Source: Octopus bimaculoides (Eukaryota). From it: a stretch of 61,835 nucleotides of DNA. The notes beneath the pieces are model-generated. The model was not told where the DNA came from and ran no database searches. It was given only the letters and a program-made list of their open reading frames with translations. Location: NCBI RefSeq assembly GCF_001194135.2, contig NC_068991.1, positions 6,861,886 to 6,923,720 of the forward strand. The letters are read 5' to 3'. The position numbers and the translations under genes were made by a program. Shown here in pieces: positions 40,265 to 52,289 of the stretch (within the stretch, counting starts at the first letter, position 1; each line of letters opens with the position of its first letter).

Positions 40265-40596
40265 CGTGCACAGCCTGCTCGTGAAATTAACGTGCAAGTG
40301 GCTGAGCACACCACAGTTTGGTGTACCCTTAACGTAGTTCTCGGGGAGATTCAGCATGACACAGTGTGTGACAAGGCTGACCCTTTGAATTACATGTACG
40401 ACAGAAACAGGAAGAAAGAGTGAGAGAAAGTTGTGGTGAAAGAGTACAGCAGGGTTCGCCACCATCTCCTGCCGGAGCCTCGTGGAGCTTTAGGTGTTTT
40501 CGCTCAATAAACACTCACAACGCCCGGTTTGGGAATCGAAACCGTGACCCTACGACCGCGAGTCCGCTGCTCTAACCACTGGACCATTGTGCCTCC
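40265..40596 (-). mobile_element. SINE family C
   Basis: Reverse complement begins GGAGGCACAATGGTCCAGTGGTTAGAGCAGCGGACTCGCGGTCGTAGG; colinear with 13208-13470. Confidence 0.9.
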
Positions 40597-42034
40597 ACAT
40601 AGATACATACACACATATACATACATACATACATATATATACATATGCACACACACACGCGCGCGGTCGCACGCACATGCACACGCACCCATATATATGG
40701 CGGCTTCCGCTCTGGTAGGCCACACTGTAAGAGATATTGTTCATTCAACACTGCCAACTTATGGCAAAACGATTGTATCCGCAGAATATGATATTCCTAA
40801 ATATATTACACCTGGTTAGACAGACCGTCATTAACAGGTAAAATGTATCCAGGGGAAACCCTACCATCACCATAAACACAATAACACTCTGTAGCTTATT
40901 AACGCTCGTGTGTGTGTGTGTGTGTGATTCAAAAGGAGTGGCCTGTGATATATTTTGATCTGGCCCAATTAAAAGTAATCTTTTTGAACGCACACATACA
41001 CGCACGCACACACACACACACACACACACATTCATGCGCACACACAGTCATACGCACGCACACACTCATACACAGACACACGCTGATGCACACACACACG
41101 CACATACATGCGCACACGCACACACACGGACTTACATAAACTTACACAATGCCACTCCTCTTGCATTTCTTGGAAGAAAGTAATAATCTTGTTGATAAAG
41201 ATCCCTATAGACCAGCACCTGCAAATACACACACACACACACACACATATACATACATATATACATTTATTCATATATATCTATAAATACATATATCTAC
41301 ACACACAAATACACACACACATATATACATACACATATGTATGTATGTATGTATACTTACGTGTATACATTAATTGTTTATACTAATACTACAACTCCTG
41401 TGAAACTATGAACTCCCATCCTACCTGTAATTATAAATTCCTACACACCCACATGAACTCCTAAGCATGCGCATATCCTTATCTACCTACACATACTCCC
41501 ATACCCTGACACTCACGCACATATATACACACACTCACACACACACACAAACATTACATATATACGCACTCACATAGNNNNNNNNNNNNNNNNNNNNNNN
41601 NNNNNNNNNNNNNNNNNNNNNNNNNNNNNNNNNNNNNNNNNNNNNNNNNNNNNNNNNACGTATATATATATACACACACATATACATATATACACATCTA
41701 CATTTATTCATATATATCTATAAATACATATATCTACACACACAAATACACACACACATATATACATACACATATGTATGTATGTATGTATACTTACGTG
41801 TATACATTAATTGTTTATACTAATACTACAACTCCTGTGAAACTATGAACTCCCATCCTACCTGTAATTATAAATTCCTACACACCCACATGAACTCCTA
41901 AGCATGCGCATATCCTTATCTACCTACACATACTCCCATACCCTGACACTCACGCACATATATACACACACTCACACACACACACAAACATTACATATAT
42001 ACGCACTCACATAGATATATGAATATGTACTGCA

Positions 42035-42315
42035 ACACCTTGAGATTTTAAGTCCACGGCTATTTAATTCATTGCCAAAACATGGGAGAGATCTTCATGG
42101 AGGAGGGCTAGATATTTTCAAGAAACGACTTGACGCCGTTCTGCTGTCCGGGGTCCCAGGTGAACCTACCTCCCAGCAAGAAACTCAAAACAGGGCGTCA
42201 ATATCGAACTCTATCCTTGACCAAAAGCCAGTCACAAAAGAATGGCCGCTGAAAAGGTGACAACACTGAGTGTCCCAGCATGGCCACAGTCTTTAGGCTG
42301 AAACACATAAAAGAA
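42035..42315 (+). mobile_element. CR1/L2-group LINE 3' end
   Basis: Translates PRLFNSLPKHGRDLHGGGLDIFKKRLDAVLLSGVPGEPTSQQETQNRASISNSILDQ, matching the GPRLFNxLP...FKxxLD...VPDEP...RA...SNS..DQ ORF2 C-terminus. Followed by tail CCAGCATGGCCACAGTC...CTGAAACACATAAAAGA. Confidence 0.75.
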
Positions 42316-43194
42316 TATAAACTGTATATATTTATATATTAAATTCAACTTAGGTTGAAAGTCAACAAATTTTGCTTGAGAAGCGTTGAGATGTAATGAA
42401 AGATACGGATAAGGAAATAATCTTATTCTCAAACGCAGGAAAATGCTAATAATATGGCATGAACAAAATATGGATAATTTATCCGGTTCATGCTATATTA
42501 TCCTGCGTTTGAGAATAAAATTATTTCCTTATCTATATTTATATATATTATATATACACTTTTGTATGCATGTGTATATGTATATATATATATATATATA
42601 TTTAAAATGCAGAGATGCCTATAATAGGACATCTACTCGCTAGCGAGTAGATGTCCTATTATAGGCATCTCNNNNNNNNNNNNNNNNNNNNNNNNNNNNN
42701 NNNNNNNNNNNNNNNNNNNNNNNNNNNNNNNNNNNNNNNNNNNNNNNNNNNNNNNNNNNNNNNNNNNNNNNNNNNNNNNNNNNNNNNNNNNNNNNNNNNN
42801 NNNNNNNNNNNNNNNNNNNNNNNNNNNNNNNNNNNNNNNNNNNNNNNNNNNNNNNNNNNNNNNNNNNNNNNNNNNNNNNNNNNNNNNNNNNNNNNNNNNN
42901 NNNNNNNNNNNNNNNNNNNNNNNNNNNNNNNNNNNNNNNNNNNNNNNNNNNNNNNNNNNNNNNNNNNNNNNNNNNNNNNNNNNNNNNNNNNNNNNNNNNN
43001 NNNNNNNNNNNNNNNNNNNNNNNNNNNNNNNNNNNNNNNNNNNNNNNNNNNNNNNNNNNNNNNNNNNNNNNNNNNNNNNNNNNNNNNNNNNNNNNNNNNN
43101 NNNNNNNNNNNNNNNNNNNNNNNNNNNNNNNNNNNNNNNNNNNNNNNNNNNNNNNNNNNNNNNNNNNNNNNNNNNNNNNNNNNNNNNNNNNAAA

Positions 43195-43286
43195 GGTCTC
43201 GGTCCGTAGTCATCGCCTCGGTGAGGCCCAATGTACGAAGGTCTTGCCTCACCACCTCAGCCCAGGTCTTCCTGGGCCTACCTCTT

Positions 43287-43290
<4 letters not shown>
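43195..43290 (-). mobile_element. RTE LINE ORF C-terminal fragment
   Basis: Minus strand GRGRPRKTWAEVVRQDLRTLGLTEAMTTDRDL, the RGRPRKTW motif of RTE C-termini. Confidence 0.8.
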
Positions 43291-43322
<32 letters not shown>

Positions 43323-45028
43323 GGAACAAAAACACAATAGAGGACATTAAAACATTCGGTCAGATAGGTGACACAAAGGCGGACAAGAAAAACAACAATT
43401 AGAAGGACAGGCAAAAAAGACAGGCCATTTGTGACTTTCTTTCCTCAGTCAAGTTCCAGAAGTCACGACCCTGGACAAAATAGACCAATAGTAACATTTT
43501 CCTTTTATGGCAAAATATGCACCTAAATCAATAAAATTATGAAGGTTACTCTGATTACTCTGCATAAAAAGCAATAGATTTTATTCTTTTGTAGATTAGG
43601 TTGGCATAATTCGCCCCTGCTTTTCAATCTCGGTATTTAAGCTAGGAATAGTACTGTTGTGGTAAATGTGCTGCGTACACTCCTAAAACGCTGTTTTCTT
43701 TACGTGCTATAAAAGCAGAATTAAATCTACCTTCAATTCAGTCACGTGCTTGTGTTTTACTTATTTTTTTTGTGTGTGTTCCAAAACGAATTATTATGCA
43801 TATGATATCTGAACTTAAATCGATTGGCTTCATCTTGTTTTGCTTTAGATTTTTAAAATCTCTGTTAACATCTCTATTATGTATTGCATACTATGGCTGG
43901 ATGTAGCTGAAAAAGGCAAGCAATGAAAGATTCCATGATGGAAGGAAGCCATGTGTCAGCATGGGTGGTAAGCTCTTTATGAACACCTGTTGCAAGAGGT
44001 GTCCATCGCTGCCACATCTGTGTGAAAAGGAGTGTGGGCCCTTGGCAAGACTGAAAAGCAACATCTGTGTTGCTCGTGTTTAAAAGAACAATCAAGTAAT
44101 GTCATTCTTTAAAAGCAGTCATCATGTCTGTATATAAGTACACACATGTGTGTGTATATATGTGTATGTGTTTGTGTATGTATTTTATCTTGCCAAGAAA
44201 ATAATGTTATTAATGCTATGAACAGAATACCTCCACCACTACCACTACCAGCCACTGCCACCACCACCATCAATCAATACCACTAAAACAACAAAATCAC
44301 TGATCAATACCATCATATCATGAATACATTAAACTGTCAACACATGACCCAATAAAAATATCAAACATTGATGTCATTAACAACAAAAGGTTTCAATTTT
44401 CATAATTTATTATTATTATTATTATTATTGTTGTTGTTGTTGCAGTTGTAAACTGTTCAAACACAACAAAAACAAAACAAACGTTTACATTTTGTATGAA
44501 ATATATATTTCAGAAGTATTTGATTTTTTTTTTTGGAGGGGTGGGGGGGGAGTGTTTCGAGGGGGAGAGGAAAGGTTATTTTTTCTTTATTTATTTATTT
44601 TATTTTGTTCAATTGATTTTATCAGACAAGAGAATGTATCTCTTTGAAGTATGGTAATCCCAGTGCCAAGTTTTAGATTTTAGGAATGAAGCACCAGTGA
44701 TTCCAATGAGAATATGTCATGAAGAGACCAAAGACAACAATCTCCAGGCCTTCATGATAATAATAATAATAATCATCTTTTCCATCATTGGAGACAATTA
44801 ATCTCATCGACATTGTTTGTATCTTAACATCATCACTGGCATTCTTGCAGAAGAAGACAATGCACTGTCCATTTATTTTAAGAGGGGTGTAGGGATAGGT
44901 CTACTGTAGAATCAGTAGGTAGTAATTGGTAAACATCTCAAGCATGATTCTGGTCCAACCAAATCATGAATTCCATATTGTAGTCACATCAACATTTGAG
45001 CCAGTCACGTTGAGGTCAAAAGGTCGTT

Positions 45029-45113
45029 TCATCGGTGATCTGTTGGACAAACTTTTACATCGTTACAACAGTGATAGTGGACGATCACACCGTTTGGATA
45101 CCGAGCAAATGCA
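45029..45113 (-). CDS. VPS39: VPS39 (Vam6/Vps39, HOPS subunit), terminal coding exon
   Basis: Acceptor TTTTCTTCTTCTTTTTCGTAG, then t+AFARYPNGVIVHYHCCNDVKVCPTDHR*. Matches the recalled human VPS39 C-terminus SAFARYPNGVVVHYFC. Phase is compatible with the upstream exon (AG+T = Ser). Confidence 0.95.
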
Positions 45114-45297
45114 CTACGAAAAAGAAGAAGAAAATTAATGTTATTTTAAACAAAAATTACTAAAAGAAATAACACATTTTAAATTGGGTGGTAGGCTTAC
45201 CATATTTGCCAGTGTATAAGATGCACCCCTATTTTACAAGAATGTTTGTGGTAAAAACAGATTTATTATAATACATGTTTATTGAAAGACATTTTAT

Positions 45298-45365
45298 TCC
45301 TTTAGCAATCGGATTACTACATCAAATACAATGCTTATTTATTCACATTATTTTGAAATTAACCA
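45298..45365 (+). mobile_element. Fragment of the piggyBac-type MITE family at 49293
   Basis: CCTTTAGCAATCGGATTACT...AATGCTTATTTATTCAC...TTTTGAAATTAACC is colinear with 49294-49362. Confidence 0.6.
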
Positions 45366-45818
45366 AAATGTATGAATCTGTGCATGTAGACACAATGCTG
45401 TGACAGTATACTAGCAAAAAGCATAAAACCATAAATTCATCATAAATAAATTGTTATATGAGAGTCATTATTTCAATTTTATTTTCTTTCAAATCAATCA
45501 TAAACTTGTCAATATTTAGGTCAAAACAATTGCCATACAACATACAAAACGTGTCTTTTTTGTCTCTAGATATTTTGCATTACCATGATTGGCCACCAGG
45601 ATGTTGCACCACTGCAATGGTTTTTCTGCCATCCACTCACTGCAAATGGCTGACTTGTGGATGAAAGTTTTAACACCCCTTTTGTCTTACTTGGAGAATT
45701 TTCATTTAGACAATAAAAAATATTTCTTAAAGGTAACAGTCATTCTCCAGGGTAATTTGTTATCAGAGATTGTTACTATCTTCGTACAAGTGGTTTCATG
45801 TGAAAATGCAAAATCTGA

Positions 45819-45849
<31 letters not shown>

Positions 45850-47136
45850 TGTCAAGCTTCCATACATTTTCCATCAATAAATTTTAAGGCACTGGCCAGC
45901 CCCAAGCTACAGTAAAAGACAGTAAAAGTGGTTCAGCAAAAGTGGTTCAGCAAAAGAGACTGATAGAATAAGGACCAGACTTAAAAAGAAGCAATAAATA
46001 CTGGGGTCAATTTGTTCAGCTAAGTCCTTCAAGGTGGTACCCCACCCATCATGGCTGCAGTCCAATGAGTGAAACAAGTAAAAGATAAAAGATATTCATT
46101 TTAAAAATGTAGACTGAAGCAATGAATTTGTGAATAGCTGAATAGAAGGGCTTCAGTGATGTTGGCCAAAATATACTAAAGAACTTTATCTGGGTATAGG
46201 GGTCAATGAAGTAAACGGCATTCTTTTCTTTAATTTCAATAGTTTGAATTTCAACAGTCTATTTAAATATGTTAAGTTGACATTAGACTGGTTACACACA
46301 CACACACACGTATATACACACACGTACATGCAGACATACATATAAACATACACATACACACACTCACACACACATGCAGACATACATACACATACATACA
46401 TACACATACAAACATACACATACATGCAGACATACATACAGATAGAGAAAAAACATACGTACATACATACATACATACATACATGCATACATACATAGAC
46501 ACACACACTCACACACAAATACATACATACATACACATACATACAAATATATACATAGATAGACAAACACATACACACACACACTACACACACACACACA
46601 ATACACACACACACATGCATACATACATAGACATACTGGCATACAGACATACATACGCTTACATATATACATAAAGATATACAAACACACATACAGACAG
46701 CCATGCATACACACCCATATATACACAGACATACACAGAGACAGACAGACAGACAGACATACCAAGACTACAGCCAATTGGCAACAGTTCACTAATGACT
46801 AATCTAAAAGAAATATAAACATGCCAAAAAGTTAACGGGGGGGGTAGGGATAGGGGTAAGGGGGATGCTTGGAAAAGAGATCAGGTATAAGTAATTAGGA
46901 CAGCTCCCAGCACGGGTGTTTCTCAGAAGAGGATTTAACAACTGCCACAACAGTGTTTTACTACCACCGGTTCCACAAGTTTATTCCCCCATCTCCACCG
47001 CCGCCACAACCCTCCCCCAAGAAAGAAAAGAAAGAAAAAAAAATGACAGGAAAGACTCTGTCAGTTAATAAAAATGTTGTGAAGCTCGGAATTATTTTAT
47101 GGAATAATTAATGAAAAAAAATGTAATCAGTATATA

Positions 47137-47507
47137 GGCGCAGGGGTGGCTGTGTGGTAAGTAGCTTGCTTACCAACCACATGGTTCTGGGTTCAGTCCC
47201 GGGCAAGTGTCTTCTACTATAGCCTCAGGCCGACCAAAACCTTGTGAGTGGATTTAGTAGATGGAAACTGAAAGAAGCCCGTCGTATATATGTATATATA
47301 TATGTGTTTGTGTGTCTGTGTTTTCCCCCCAATATCGCTTGACAACTGATACTGGTGTGTTTATGTCTCCTGTAACTTAGTGGTTCGGCAAAAACGACCG
47401 ATAGAATAAGTACTAGGCTTACAAAGAATAAGTCCTGGGGTCGATTTGCTCGACTAAAGGCGGTGCTCCAGCATGGCCACAGTCAAATGACTGAAACAAG
47501 TAAAAGA
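47137..47507 (+). mobile_element. SINE family B, near full-length (last VPS39 intron)
   Basis: GGCGCAGGGGTGGCTGTGTGG head through to the AAACAAGTAAAAGA tail, with several CpG-to-TpG/CpA changes versus the 18919 copy. Confidence 0.9.
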
Positions 47508-48949
47508 TTAAGGGAATCTTTATATGGTTGCTTGATCTGCTAGAAATAGTAGCTAAATTTCTATTAAAAAAGCAACCTACAATTTAAAAAAAAAAAAGAC
47601 ATTATCTAATGTAGTCATGGATATATTGTCCAAAGACAAGTTAGGATGTCCTGCTTGGAATGGTTTGATCATAGAACCATCCACTTGATCAGAGCTGACC
47701 TGGGGCTAACAATGACAGCTTTATTACAGAGAAAAATCCATAACATCCATGAGAGTACGGAGAAGCGAATCAATAAGGTACCGGTCAACCAAGAAAGAAG
47801 CTGGTGATTCATATCCTGCTAATACCACTGTGATGTGTCCACTTAACTTAGTCTACCTATCTGCAGGATATCTACTGACAGCTGCACTCTAAAATTAACA
47901 AGTGATTCATTAACTTGCTGCACTGAGTTTCAATCCAGTCATAAGACATTGGTATCCTAACCAGGAAGAGATTCAGTTTCCATCTGCTTCCCAATCTGCA
48001 AACAAAACACAATCTGCTGTTGCTGTTGTTGTTGTTTAGTACAAGTGGGGGAGAAGGGGTACTTGGTGCCACTGTGTGACACCTTGGGCAAGTGTCTTCT
48101 ACTATAGCCTGTTATTTTTCATGCGGTAAAATATAAGAAGTTTGTAGGTTATTTGTAGGAGAGTCTATGTAGGACATGTTTCACATACCAACAGAATTAT
48201 TCAGGTGTAGAACACCGAAGGTCAATTTTTAAACGAAATTAATCAAAAGAAATTAGTCATTTTTTCCCAACCTTCATCACTAATTTATCAGTAGAGTATG
48301 TTTTTATTTTATAGCAGAAAGGGAACAGACAGAACTTCAGATATTAAATACTGTATACTATATACATAGACAGACTAATAAATACTAACACAACTGTTAT
48401 AGCTTTGCTTCAAGCATTGCCTCAGAAACTAGAGTTTGCACTAATGGATCACTAAAAATAACAGACACGTTTTGTAATTTAACGAGTGAGAAAGGTGGTG
48501 GTGGTGGTGGTGGTGGCAGCGGCGACAACGGTTGTGGTGGTGGAGGTGGGTATATTAACTAAAGACAGGAATAGACAGAAGTTAAAAAAATCTTAGAAAT
48601 GATGAGAATAGGGCAAAACAAAATTGGCAAATTACAAGTAAAACAGAGACGAGGAAAAGAAAAAAAATTATAAACATTTGTTGGCCACCAACCAAAAATA
48701 CTTAAGATAAAAACATAGTTAGTTAATAATATGTTCTGTAACAGTTAGAATAAGAGTGTTTCTTGTGTTGCAGTTAGGTGGCATAATTGCCAAAATATTT
48801 AACTCTTCATTCTCATTGATAACATCTAGTTCCACCTAATGAAAAACGGTTTTTTTTTATGACAATATTGACTCTTCAATGTTATTGGATTGATTGTTTT
48901 TATAAGAGAGAGTGGTTCCAAGAGGAATGCATGCTGGTTTAACTGTGCA

Positions 48950-49160
48950 CCGATGTCAAGTCAATGGAGAGGCATGCTGAGACAGGAAGCCAGTGGGGCA
49001 TAGAAGAATTATTACCAATATTTTACTTATTATTTTGAACACCATCATCACCATTTCATGTCCACTTTTCCATGTTTGCATGAGCCTGACCGAATTCATT
49101 GAGGCAGATTTTCTACAGCCAGTTACCCTTCCTATTGCCAACCCTCACCTGCTTCCAAAC
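48950..49160 (-). mobile_element. RTE-type 3' tail repeat
   Basis: CATCATCACCATTTCATGTCCACTTTTCCATGTTTGCATGAG...CCCTTCCTATTGCC is the reverse complement of the AGGAAGGGCATCCAGC...CATGGAAAAGTGGACATTAAA(TGA)n tail. Further copies at ~53900-54100, 55150-55290, 55600-55750, 56640-56775, 57150-57345 and 59300-59480. Confidence 0.7.
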
Positions 49161-49292
49161 AAGGTAATATTTCCCCCACAGTGGCAAATTGTCAGAATCA
49201 TTAGTATGCTTTAGGACTAAAGCTGAAGCCACATGGTTAGCAAGCAAGCTTTTTAACCACACAGCCACACCCGTGCCTATACAGTTAATTCA

Positions 49293-49909
49293 CCCTTTAG
49301 CATTCTGATTACTCTGTTAAATCTAATGCTTATTTATTCACGTTGTTTTGAATTAACCATGCATTGTCTCATAGCTTCAAGATTTCAATGATGCGATTGT
49401 ATATTTTTAGAATGACATTGTAGGACAGGGGTGAAAGGCTGGATCTGGCTGATCTGAACATAAAGCAGGTAGATTATTTTGGTTGGATATGATCAGTTTA
49501 AATGTCAAAGCAAGGTTCTCAACATGGGCAGTACCACCCCCAAGGATGTGATGGGCATGTTGAAGGCTTTAGGGGGTGGTAAGGTAACATACTAAATTTT
49601 ACCTATAGTAGTAATTATATTATACATGATAAAACTAGTAATGGCTATTAAAATAAAATGAGATCTCGTCAGGTAGAGGGAAGCCATTAACTTGCAACGT
49701 ATAAAGTAAATTTACAAATTTTTGTCTTAATTTTTTATAATTTCATGGTTAAAAGCTTATACAATCCATTTTTAGAGTAAAATTAACGAATCATTCTCCA
49801 TGTTTAGTTTAGTTGTGATATTTCATTTACCACTTAGGCAGACACCAGGAATAAAAATGAGGTGGGGGCTGCAAAAAAAAAAATGGTTAAGTACCACTAT
49901 GTTAAAGGG
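49293..49909. mobile_element. piggyBac-type MITE interrupted by a hAT MITE
   Basis: Left end ttca|CCCTTTAGCATT; right end TGTTAAAGGG|ttaa (CCC...GGG termini with a TTAA-like target). Confidence 0.6.
49511..49899. mobile_element. hAT (Charlie-like) MITE
   Basis: Imperfect TIRs CAAGGTTCTCAAC / GTTAAGTACCACTA; 8-bp flanks TGTCAAAG / TGTTAAAG (7/8 identical TSD). Confidence 0.65.
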
Positions 49910-49987
49910 TTAAATATTTGAGTAGTACATAAAAAGCCCTTAATGGTTCATAGCTTAATGAAACAAAAGGCTCTGTAATTGCCATAC

Positions 49988-50079
49988 CTGTTTCCTATTC
50001 TTTTCTTGCAAACTCGACAATTTTTCTCTTCTGTGATAACACATTTTATTTTAGAAAATTTCATATGCTCTTTGATCAC
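49988..50079 (-). CDS. VPS39: VPS39 penultimate coding exon (92 nt)
   Basis: TTTTATGACTTCAG|VIKEHMKFSKIKCVITEEKNCRVCKKRIGN+AG|GTATGG. Matches recalled human VQEERILHQQVKCIITEEKVCMVCKKKIGNS, with canonical AG/GT sites. Confidence 0.95.
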
Positions 50080-51029
50080 CTGAAGTCATAAAAGATACAA
50101 CATTAATGATAAAACAGTGATGGTAGTTAAAGAAGTATAAAAATCAATAGAGAAGATAATACATGGTGAGCTGAGCTTATCTTGATAACATTTATGCTGC
50201 CATTGAAAGCATATAAAAGGCTGCATAAATATCATTTAGAAATAACAGAAAAACCATCAAAAGAACTACAGATAATTTCTGAAAATTGTAAAGATTCTGT
50301 GTTGATATTACCATTCTGTATGGTACCATATAAAATGTGATCCCGCATTAAAAGCTAACAATAGACACCTACTGAGATATCCAGAATATTTGTAAAGTGC
50401 CATGAACACAACAATGATACGTACGAATGGTAGATTATTCTCATTCTACCCATCCACCCTTGATCCTAGAAGGTTACCTTCAGTTTCTGAAAGCACAGAC
50501 TCAGCCAACTAATATCTCTCATTATCTTTTACGAATATCATTTATCTCTGACTGGTTTCAGTCATTGGACTGCAGCCATGCTGGAGCACAACCTTGAATG
50601 GTTTAATCAAACAAATAAACTCCAGTATTCTTTCTTTTGTTTTAGTAAGTCTGGCACTTATTTTATCAATCTCTTTTGCTGAACTGCCAAGTTAGAGTGA
50701 TGTATAAAGCAAACAAATGTCAATTGACAAATGAAGGGGGGGGGGGGCAAAGAACACATAAAAAATTTTCTGGGTTAGTTGCAGATGCTGAAGTGGATAG
50801 AACAGACAAATCATTAGCAGAGCAGTGAATAAATAAAGTACCATATGTGATGGCATAAAAGATATATAGGCATATTAGATGTATACTCCAATTTCAGCAG
50901 CAGCAGACATTCAGGAAAAAGGTTTTGGTACATTGTAAGGTAGATCCAACTTCACACCTAAGACTCAGGGAGATTTTTTGAGGCTTTTTTTTTTGTTAAA
51001 AAGCATTGCTTCTTAGATGCCAAGTGCCG

Positions 51030-51351
51030 ATCACGTGAAGTGAATGGAAATTATGGAAGAGAGAGACCCAAGAAGACATGGGACAAAGTATTGAAGGCGA
51101 ATCTCAAGACACTGAACCTTATGAAGAAGATGGCAAAAGACTGTACTCAAGAAGACCCATCCACCACAGCAGAATTGATACCAGTGCTGCTGGTGCCACC
51201 TAAAAGGCATCCAGTACATTCTGAGGAGTGGTTGGCATTAGGAAGGGCATCCAGCTGTAGGAACTGTACTAGAACAGACAATGTGGCCTGGTAGCCTAGC
51301 CTGCTTCAGTCAAACTGTCTGACCCAAGCCAGCATGCAAAACAAACATTAA

Positions 51352-51399
<48 letters not shown>

Positions 51400-51440
51400 G
51401 TCGTCGTCTTCGTCGTCGTCGTCATCGTCATCGTCATCAT
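51030..51440 (+). mobile_element. RTE LINE 3' end with (GAT)n tail
   Basis: GRERPKKTWDKVLKANLKTLNL, then a 3' UTR containing TGGTTGGCATTAGGAAGGGCATCCAGC...CAGCATGCAAAACAAACATTAAA(TGA)n. Confidence 0.8.
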
Positions 51441-51491
51441 CATGTGTGTGACAGAATAATTAAACAAAGATGGGTTGTGGGTAATATAGCA

Positions 51492-51675
51492 GCAACACTG
51501 ATCTCTGCATTTGCAACACAATCAGAATCGACAGATGAGCAAAAGGAACATTTCTATAAGAGCTTTCTTACAGATTTACTTTGATGGCAAATGCTAAATA
51601 ACCTTGCCGTTGTGACAGACAATTTTATCAGACTTCTGTGTAACAATGACCTAGTTCTCATAACTGAATTTGTCA
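51492..51675 (+). mobile_element. RTE-type AP-endonuclease fragment
   Basis: ATLISAFATQSESTDEQKEHFYKSFL matches the TIISAYAP...DEEKExFY motif. Downstream DNFIRLLCNNDLVLIT resembles NG.RLL..C...L.ITNT. Confidence 0.7.
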
Positions 51676-51824
51676 AAGAATTAGAGATAAAATTCCAAAT
51701 ATGAAATATTAAACCAAGCAAAGATGACATTTTTAACAATTACAGCATGGAAGACACATATCAGTCATTCTGAAAACACAAAAAAACTGTTGACTTCACT
51801 TAAACTTTTATTCTTTCTCTTTTA

Positions 51825-52016
51825 TCTTTTACTTGTTTCAGTCATTTGACTGTGGCCATGCTGGAGCACTGCCTTTAGTCGCGCAAATAGACCCCAGGAC
51901 TTATTCTTTGTAAGCCTAGTACTTATTCTATCGGTTTCTTTTGCTGACCCGCTAAGTTACGGGGACATAAACACACCAGCATCGGTTGTCAAGTGATGGT
52001 GGGGGGAAAAACACAA

Positions 52017-52047
<31 letters not shown>

Positions 52048-52217
52048 CATATATACGACGGGCTTCTTTCAGTTTCCGTCTACCAAATCCACTCACAAGG
52101 CTTTGGTCGGCCCGAGGCTATAGTAGAAGACACTTGCCGAAGGTACCATGCAGTGGGACTGAACTTGGAACCATGTGGTTGGGAAGCAAGCTTCTTACCA
52201 CACAGCTACACCTGACC
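51825..52217 (-). mobile_element. SINE family B, full-length
   Basis: Reverse complement of a complete family B element, from TCTTTTACTTGTTTCAG to CTTACCACACAGCTACACC. Confidence 0.9.
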
Positions 52218-52289
52218 TTTTTTTTGTTATTACCCTTCAAAGCTCCAATACACTTCTCAACTTCTTGTTCCATACGTTGGGTTCAAATT

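Noticed and set aside
40696-40819. Short ATG-GCG ORF MAASALVGHTVRDIVHSTLPTYGKTIVSAEYDIPKYITPG
   Set aside because: About 40 codons between microsatellites, with no recognisable homology or splice support.
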